Assembly: GCF_004365815.1 (NCBI RefSeq)
Contig: NZ_SODD01000061.1
Location: 1 to 10,378, forward strand
Direction: 5' to 3'
DNA from: Breznakia blatticola
GTDB taxonomy: Bacteria; Bacillota_I; Bacilli_A; Erysipelotrichales; Erysipelotrichaceae
Length of the DNA stretch: 10,378 nucleotides
Each line of letters begins with the position of its first letter. Within the stretch, counting starts at the first letter, position 1. The notes beneath the pieces are model-generated. The model had not been told where the DNA came from. It was given only the letters and a program-made list of their open reading frames with translations, and did no database searches. Positions 6,677 to 10,378 of the stretch are shown piece by piece. The position numbers and the translations under genes were made by a program.

Positions 6677-7663
6677 TTAAAATAATTGGAATCCAAGTTT
6701 CTTTTTTACTTTACGCATTTTTTTGAAAGCGATGTTTCCAGCATTTTTTGCACCTTGTTCAAGTACGCTTTCAATTTCACCACTTTGTAGGATTGCACGA
6801 TACTTTTCTTGTAAGTCACTTAAGAATGCTTCCACTGTATCTCCAACATATCCTTTAAAGTCGCCATACCCTTTTCCTTCGAATTTAGCAACAAGTTCAT
6901 CAATTGATTCACCTGACAGTGAACTTTGAATTGTGAGTAAGTTTGATACTCCAGGTTGGTTTTCTAGATCATATTGTACAATACCGATTGAGTCTGTCAC
7001 AGCTGACATAATTTTCTTACGTGCAACTTTTGGTTCATCTAATAAGTAGATACAAGCTTTAGGGTTTTCATCACTTTTCGACATTTTCTTTTCTGGGTTT
7101 TGAAGTGACATAACCTTTGCCCCGATTTTAGCAGTTACTGGTTCAGGAACAACGAATGTTTCTCCATACAAGTTATTGAAACGTTGTGCTAAATCACGTG
7201 TTAATTCCACGTGTTGTTTTTGGTCAACACCTACAGGTACAACATCTGCATCATACAATAATATATCTGCAGCCATAAGTGAAGGATACGTATAAAGCCC
7301 TGCGCTAATATTTGTTTCTTTTTTTGCGGTTTTATCTTTGAATTGTGTCATACGGTTTAGTTCACCCATATATGTGTGACAGTTAAGAACCCATCCTAAT
7401 TCTGCATGTTGTACAACATCGCTTTGTACAAACAGGTTTACTTTACTAGGATCAAGACCAAATGCTAAATATAAAGCAACTAAGTCTTTTGTGTTAGCTT
7501 TTAATTTCTTTGGATCTTGGGCAACAGTGATTGCATGCATATTAGCAATAAATATAAACATTTCATATTCATCTTGCAATTGTACAAATTGACGAATTGC
7601 ACCAATGTAGTTTCCTAAGGTTAATTGTCCTGAGGGTTGAATCCCACTCAAACATCTTTTCAT
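6677..7663 (-). CDS. trpS: Tryptophan--tRNA ligase
   Basis: 328 aa counted from the internal Met (M27 of the ORF-track translation). MKRCLSGIQPSGQLTLGNYIGA..., GELNRMTQFKDK, YPSLMAADILLY, PVGVDQKQHVELTRD, KMSKSD and GVSNLLTI are collinear with B. subtilis TrpS throughout. The upstream 26 codons of the ORF track cover the T-box terminator and motif, so they are not coding. Confidence 0.95.
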   Translation of the reverse strand: MKRCLSGIQPSGQLTLGNYIGAIRQFVQLQDEYEMFIFIANMHAITVAQDPKKLKANTKDLVALYLAFGLDPSKVNLFVQSDVVQHAELGWVLNCHTYMGELNRMTQFKDKTAKKETNISAGLYTYPSLMAADILLYDADVVPVGVDQKQHVELTRDLAQRFNNLYGETFVVPEPVTAKIGAKVMSLQNPEKKMSKSDENPKACIYLLDEPKVARKKIMSAVTDSIGIVQYDLENQPGVSNLLTIQSSLSGESIDELVAKFEGKGYGDFKGYVGDTVEAFLSDLQEKYRAILQSGEIESVLEQGAKNAGNIAFKKMRKVKKKLGFQLF

Positions 7664-7683
7664 AATCTTTCTTTTTCCTCCTA

Positions 7684-7915
7684 TTAAATAAAAAACGTCC
7701 CAACAATATGTTGGGACGTATAGTTTTATACGCGGTACCACCCGACTTATTCATTTTATATTTGTGTAAAAATGAATCGCTTCATGATAACGGAATGACC
7801 GGCTTTACGCTTAAGCTCCACAAACCCAATTCGATATCAAGTGATGTTTGCCTTGCAGCATCCGGCAAATCTCTACTTTCATACAGGATATCTACTATCT
7901 TTGTTTCTTCGCTAC
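7684..7915 (-). promoter_or_regulatory. T-box riboswitch leader, tRNA-Trp specific (UGG specifier), controlling trpS
   Basis: All elements read on the minus strand. The T-box motif AAGTCGGGTGGTACCGCG is at 7731-7749. The antiterminator (GGG[TGGTACC]GCGTATA-AAAC-TATACGTCCC) competes with the terminator ACGTCCCAACA-TAT-TGTTGGGACGT (7695-7719) plus its T-run. Stem III is ATTCATTTT/AAAATGAAT (7749-7777). In stem I the helices ACAAA/TTTGT and GATATC/GATATC flank a specifier loop with GATAGTA on the 5' side and GAAUUGGG on the 3' side. That places UGG (7826-7828) followed by a purine directly before the lower helix, as in the glyQS layout GAA-GGC-A. Confidence 0.85.
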
Positions 7916-9227
7916 GTTGTATATTATACCACTGATTATTAGAAATAGTAAGGATACAATCAAGTAAATTTTGAACATGGGTGAATAGAGTGCACCACTA
8001 ATTACAAGGAGTGCTCCAACGATGGCGAAGATTGGACATACTAGACCACGAAAGCGACCATGCAACTGCTTTTGTTTGTACTTGCGAATCACGCTAATAA
8101 AGAGGATTAGGTAAATTACATACATCATAAAAATTGGAATGCTAGAGATATCAATTTGATGCAGTGCATGAATTTGCGTCGTAAGAAAATGTGCAAACAT
8201 CCAAAACGCCGTTAGCAATACAGTCAGTAATGTAGAGCGTCCAGGGATATTTGTCTTTTGATTGATTTTAGCAAATTCATGACTGAAAGGAAGTTCTTTA
8301 CGAATCGCTAATGCATAAGGCACACGAATTGCAGCAAGAGTTAATCCATTAACTGTACCTAATACAGAAATGATAATCGCAACAAGAACAAGCTTGCTTG
8401 CCTGTAATCCAAACAATCTCTCGCTAGCAACTTGTACATGCGAATCACCAAGTGCAAGGATTTGTTGCGGACCAAGTATACTTGACATACCAATAAAATA
8501 GATTAAATAAATAACCATAATAATCACCGGAGAAATCGCAAGAGCTAAGGATAGGTTACGTTTTGCGTTTTTGATTTCATGTGCAACTGCAGGAGCGACG
8601 GTCCATCCATCGTAGGAAAAAGCAACACTGACAATCGCACTACTTGAAGCGATAATTCCAGTTACGTGAAAGCTTTCGTTTTGCATGGAATGAAAACTTC
8701 CGTAGCGAATACCAAGAAATCCAATAATAACTAGAGGTAGGATCTTGATAATTGTTGCTAGATTTTGAAAATAGCTTGCCATTTTAGCGGACAAATAGTT
8801 AACAGAAAATGTACCGATAAAGTAAATGATGGTAATTATCCAAACATTAAGTTGTGCATCTTCAAATAGCATGCATGTATAATTAGCAGCAACATATAAA
8901 ATCACACCTAACAAAGCAGGATAATAAATTCCCATTTGATAAAATCCAGCAACAAATGCGAAACGTTTACCAAAGGCAAGTTCACAATAGGTAATAAGTC
9001 CGCCAGCTTTTTCACTTTTCTCTGAAAGCTTGGATAAAGTTAATCCACCAAAAATAATTCCAATTGCACCAAGAACTAGAGCAATTGCTCCATACAACAC
9101 GCTTCCATTTGTATCCATGAGAATATCATCTGTCTTGAAGAAGATTCCAGAACCGATTACGATTCCAACAATCATACTAATTGCAGTAGGTAAACCAAAT
9201 TGTTTTTTTCATTGTTTTGCGTTCCAT
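7895..9227 (-). CDS. APC superfamily (LAT/SteT-like) amino-acid permease with its N-terminus interrupted by a frameshift in a homopolymer (possible pseudogene or sequencing error); the intact ORF is 7895-9175
   Basis: The 426-aa intact frame has IVGIVIGSGIFF (TM1 GSG motif), GGLITYCELAFG, AFSYDGWTVAPAVAHEIKNAKRNL and about 12 hydrophobic segments, resembling B. subtilis SteT. Upstream in the same frame, KKQFGLPTAIS continues the conserved N-terminus and is then cut by a TGA. The RBS-preceded ATG at 9227 (AAGAGGA, 6 nt spacing) is in another frame. Removing one T from T7 (9203-9209) fuses them into MERKTMKKQFGLPTAISMIVG... Confidence 0.8.
7923..7951 (-). promoter_or_regulatory. Candidate sigma-A promoter for the trpS T-box leader, embedded in the 3' end of the permease ORF
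   Basis: On the minus strand: TTACTA (7946-7951), a 17-nt spacer, then an extended -10 TGgTATAAT (TATAAT = 7923-7928). The predicted transcription start is about 7915, just upstream of the stem I K-turn region. Confidence 0.45.
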
Positions 9228-9255
9228 AAGTGTTCCTCTTTTGTTCACGCAGTAG

Positions 9256-9284
9256 ATTGTAACGGAAAACAAGAATCAAGTAAA
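9256..9284 (-). promoter_or_regulatory. Candidate sigma-A promoter of the permease gene
   Basis: On the minus strand: TTTACT (9279-9284), a 17-nt spacer, then TACAAT (9256-9261). It lies about 30 nt upstream of the RBS and ATG at 9227. I did not recognise a riboswitch or T-box motif in this leader. Confidence 0.4.
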
Positions 9285-9390
9285 TAAGAAATATACTTTT
9301 TATAATTATCGTATGATTTTATTTTGTAAGTATCGATATAGCATGCAAAGAAAATCTCTTATATATAAAAATAAAGAAACGAAAAAAATC

Positions 9391-9419
9391 TTGAACTTCT
9401 GATTACTTCGCTCTATACT
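9391..9419 (+). promoter_or_regulatory. Candidate sigma-A promoter of spx
   Basis: TTGAAC (9391-9396), a 17-nt spacer, then TATACT (9414-9419), about 60 nt upstream of the start codon. Further overlapping weak candidates follow (TTGAAT at 9420-9425). Confidence 0.4.
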
Positions 9420-9477
9420 TTGAATACAGTTTGATATACTATACATATAGAGAACTTATAAGGAAAGGAAAAATATT

Positions 9478-9927
9478 ATGATTATACTATATTCATCTCC
9501 AGGATGTGCTTCTTGTCGTAAAGCAAAACGTTGGCTACAAGAACGCAATCTTGATTTTGTTGAAAAGAATATCTTCGCAACAATTCTAAAAGCTGATGAA
9601 ATCAAATATTTACTTAGTCGTAGTGATAATGGAACGGAAGACCTTATCAGTACACGCTCACGCCCATATCAAGAGCTTGGTAAAGATTTGGATGAAATGT
9701 CGATGGAGGAAACCATTCGGTTTGTCCAACAAAATCCATCTGTAATGAAACGCCCAATTATCATTAATGAAGATAACTTCTTAGTAGGTTATGATGATGA
9801 TGAAATCACAGCGTTTGTCCCTAAAGAGTTGAGAAACATTGCGGACTGTGGATGTAATCCATCATGTCCGAACTATCCGATATGTGGATCGCTTCGTAAA
9901 GGTGATGAACAAGAATATGCAAGATAG
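9478..9927 (+). CDS. spx: Spx/ArsC-family redox-sensing transcriptional regulator with an extended Cys-rich C-terminus
   Basis: 149 aa. MIILYSSPGCASCRKAKRWL (C10-x-x-C13), FVEKNIF, GTEDLISTRS, KRPIII and VGYDDDEITAFVPKELR are collinear with B. subtilis Spx (131 aa). The C-terminal 30 aa, NIADCGCNPSCPNYPICGSLRKGDEQEYAR, has no counterpart in canonical Spx. Confidence 0.85.
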   Translation: MIILYSSPGCASCRKAKRWLQERNLDFVEKNIFATILKADEIKYLLSRSDNGTEDLISTRSRPYQELGKDLDEMSMEETIRFVQQNPSVMKRPIIINEDNFLVGYDDDEITAFVPKELRNIADCGCNPSCPNYPICGSLRKGDEQEYAR

Positions 9928-9950
9928 AGGTACTTCGGTACCTTTTTTTC
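9928..9950 (+). terminator. Rho-independent terminator of spx
   Basis: AGGTAC (9928-9933), a TTCG loop, then GTACCT (9938-9943), followed by a T7 run. It begins immediately after the TAG stop. Confidence 0.8.
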
Positions 9951-10011
9951 TTGAAAAAAGATGAATTTTTGATATAGAAAAATAAAAGTTTCGGAAAGTG
10001 AAAATAACTTG

Positions 10012-10040
10012 TTGACACTATGAAATCAAAATGGTATTAT
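10012..10040 (+). promoter_or_regulatory. Strong sigma-A promoter P1 of the tandem array (probable rRNA operon promoter)
   Basis: TTGACA (10012-10017), a 17-nt spacer, then TGgTATTAT (TATTAT = 10035-10040). The upstream region is A/T-rich and UP-like. Confidence 0.6.
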
Positions 10041-10123
10041 TTCAAAGTTGCTTCTGCAAAACACATAAAAAATCAATTGAAAATTCAGTAAAAATGTTTC
10101 TGAAAGAAGTTGAAAAAATGTTG

Positions 10124-10152
10124 TTGACACAGGGTGACGTAAATGATAATAT
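10124..10152 (+). promoter_or_regulatory. Strong sigma-A promoter P2 of the tandem array
   Basis: TTGACA (10124-10129), a 17-nt spacer, then TGaTAATAT (TAATAT = 10147-10152). It is preceded by AAGTTGAAAAAATG. Confidence 0.6.
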
Positions 10153-10225
10153 CAATGAGGCTCAAGCGAGAAACAATGCGAAATAATTGCTCAGAAAACT
10201 TTTTCAAAAAAGTTGAAAAAAGTGA

Positions 10226-10254
10226 TTGATTTGCTAGCGCGAGAGTGGTATTAT
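10226..10254 (+). promoter_or_regulatory. Strong sigma-A promoter P3 of the tandem array
   Basis: TTGATT (10226-10231), a 17-nt spacer, then TGgTATTAT (TATTAT = 10249-10254). It is preceded by AAGTTGAAAAAAGTG, repeating the module upstream of P2. Confidence 0.6.
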
Positions 10255-10263
10255 TAACAGGCA

Positions 10264-10316
10264 CGGTTGAGATAACCGATGCGAAAAAGAAGTGATTAGA
10301 TCTTTTAAAACTGAAT
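10264..10316 (+). promoter_or_regulatory. rRNA-leader-like antitermination region (boxB-like hairpin + boxA-like element)
   Basis: A hairpin CGGTT-GAGAT-AACCG (10264-10278) is followed by GATCTTTTAAAACTGAA (about 10298-10316). That element resembles the Firmicute rrn-leader boxA-type motif (..TCTTTGAAAACT..) as I recall it. No 16S sequence is present within the window. Confidence 0.4.
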
Positions 10317-10378
10317 AGGAAACGTCAATTTCGAAACAAAAATTCACGGAAAACAAAAACAACTAAAAACACGCAAAG

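Noticed and set aside
1187-6929. Antisense or alternative-frame ORFs of 63-95 aa inside the regulator, PTS, dehydrogenase and trpS genes (1187-1381, 2037-2303, 2851-3123, 3029-3229, 3278-3469, 3355-3552, 3873-4121, 4252-4443, 5160-5447, 5482-5685, 6078-6320, 6723-6929)
   Set aside because: All are nested within well-supported genes on the opposite strand or in another frame. They lack Shine-Dalgarno sequences and have the skewed composition typical of shadow ORFs in AT-rich DNA.
7664-7741. N-terminal 26 codons of the 354-aa ORF-track version of trpS (MVPRIKLYVPTYCWDVFYLIGGKRKI)
   Set aside because: This stretch covers the T-box terminator hairpin and part of the T-box motif. It has no similarity to TrpS N-termini. 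The homologous N-terminus (MKRCLSGIQPSG) starts at the Met at 7663, which has an AGGAGG upstream.
7569-7935. Short ORFs 7569-7754 (-) and 7708-7935 (+)
   Set aside because: They overlap the trpS 5' end or the T-box leader, in an alternative frame or antisense. They have no RBS and a low-complexity composition. The structured RNA leader fully explains this region.
9177-9227. The 16-codon ORF MERKTMKKTIWFTYCN as a Trp/aromatic-sensing leader peptide for the permease next to trpS
   Set aside because: It has only a single Trp codon and no attenuator hairpins. The overlapping permease frame encodes a conserved APC N-terminus, so a 1-nt homopolymer frameshift is the simpler explanation.
9030-10018. 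ORFs 9030-9287 (+) and 9821-10018 (-)
   Set aside because: The first is antisense to the permease 5' end and promoter. The second is antisense to the spx 3' end and terminator. I see no RBS or recognisable motifs in either.

Overview
Low-GC Firmicutes-style chromosomal window: standard genetic code, AGGAGG-type ribosome binding sites, rho-independent terminators. Contents from left to right. (1) nt 1 to about 92 (+): the 3' end (domains V and VI) of a group IIC-like group II intron, running up to the stop codon of a convergent gene. (2) 89-2014 (-): a 641-aa PRD-domain regulator with HTH, two PRDs, an EIIB-like and an EIIA-like domain (MtlR/LicR/ManR architecture). (3) 2179-6592 (+): a divergent six-gene operon closed by back-to-back convergent terminators. 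It encodes mannose/sorbose-family PTS EIIA, EIIB, EIIC and EIID, an SDR dehydrogenase resembling sorbose-operon glucitol-6-P dehydrogenases, and a divergent mannitol-dehydrogenase-family (MtlD-like) protein. (4) 6677-7663 (-): trpS, preceded by a complete tRNA-Trp T-box leader with UGG specifier, T-box motif and terminator/antiterminator. The ORF-track extension to 7741 is read-through of that leader. (5) An APC/LAT-family amino-acid permease (-) whose conserved N-terminus is broken by one extra base in a T7/A7 homopolymer. (6) An Spx/ArsC-family regulator (+) with the CxxC motif plus an unusual four-Cys C-terminal tail. (7) Three tandem near-consensus sigma-A promoters and a boxB/boxA-like leader, most likely the start of an rRNA (or tRNA) operon running off the right edge. 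I saw no CRISPR array, transposase, toxin or defence-like genes. The most unusual items are the junction between the intron terminus and the regulator stop codon, the PTS plus double-dehydrogenase pathway of unassigned substrate, the frameshifted permease and the Cys-rich Spx tail. I see no convincing evidence for a wholly new system beyond these. All homology statements are by-eye motif recognition, not database searches.
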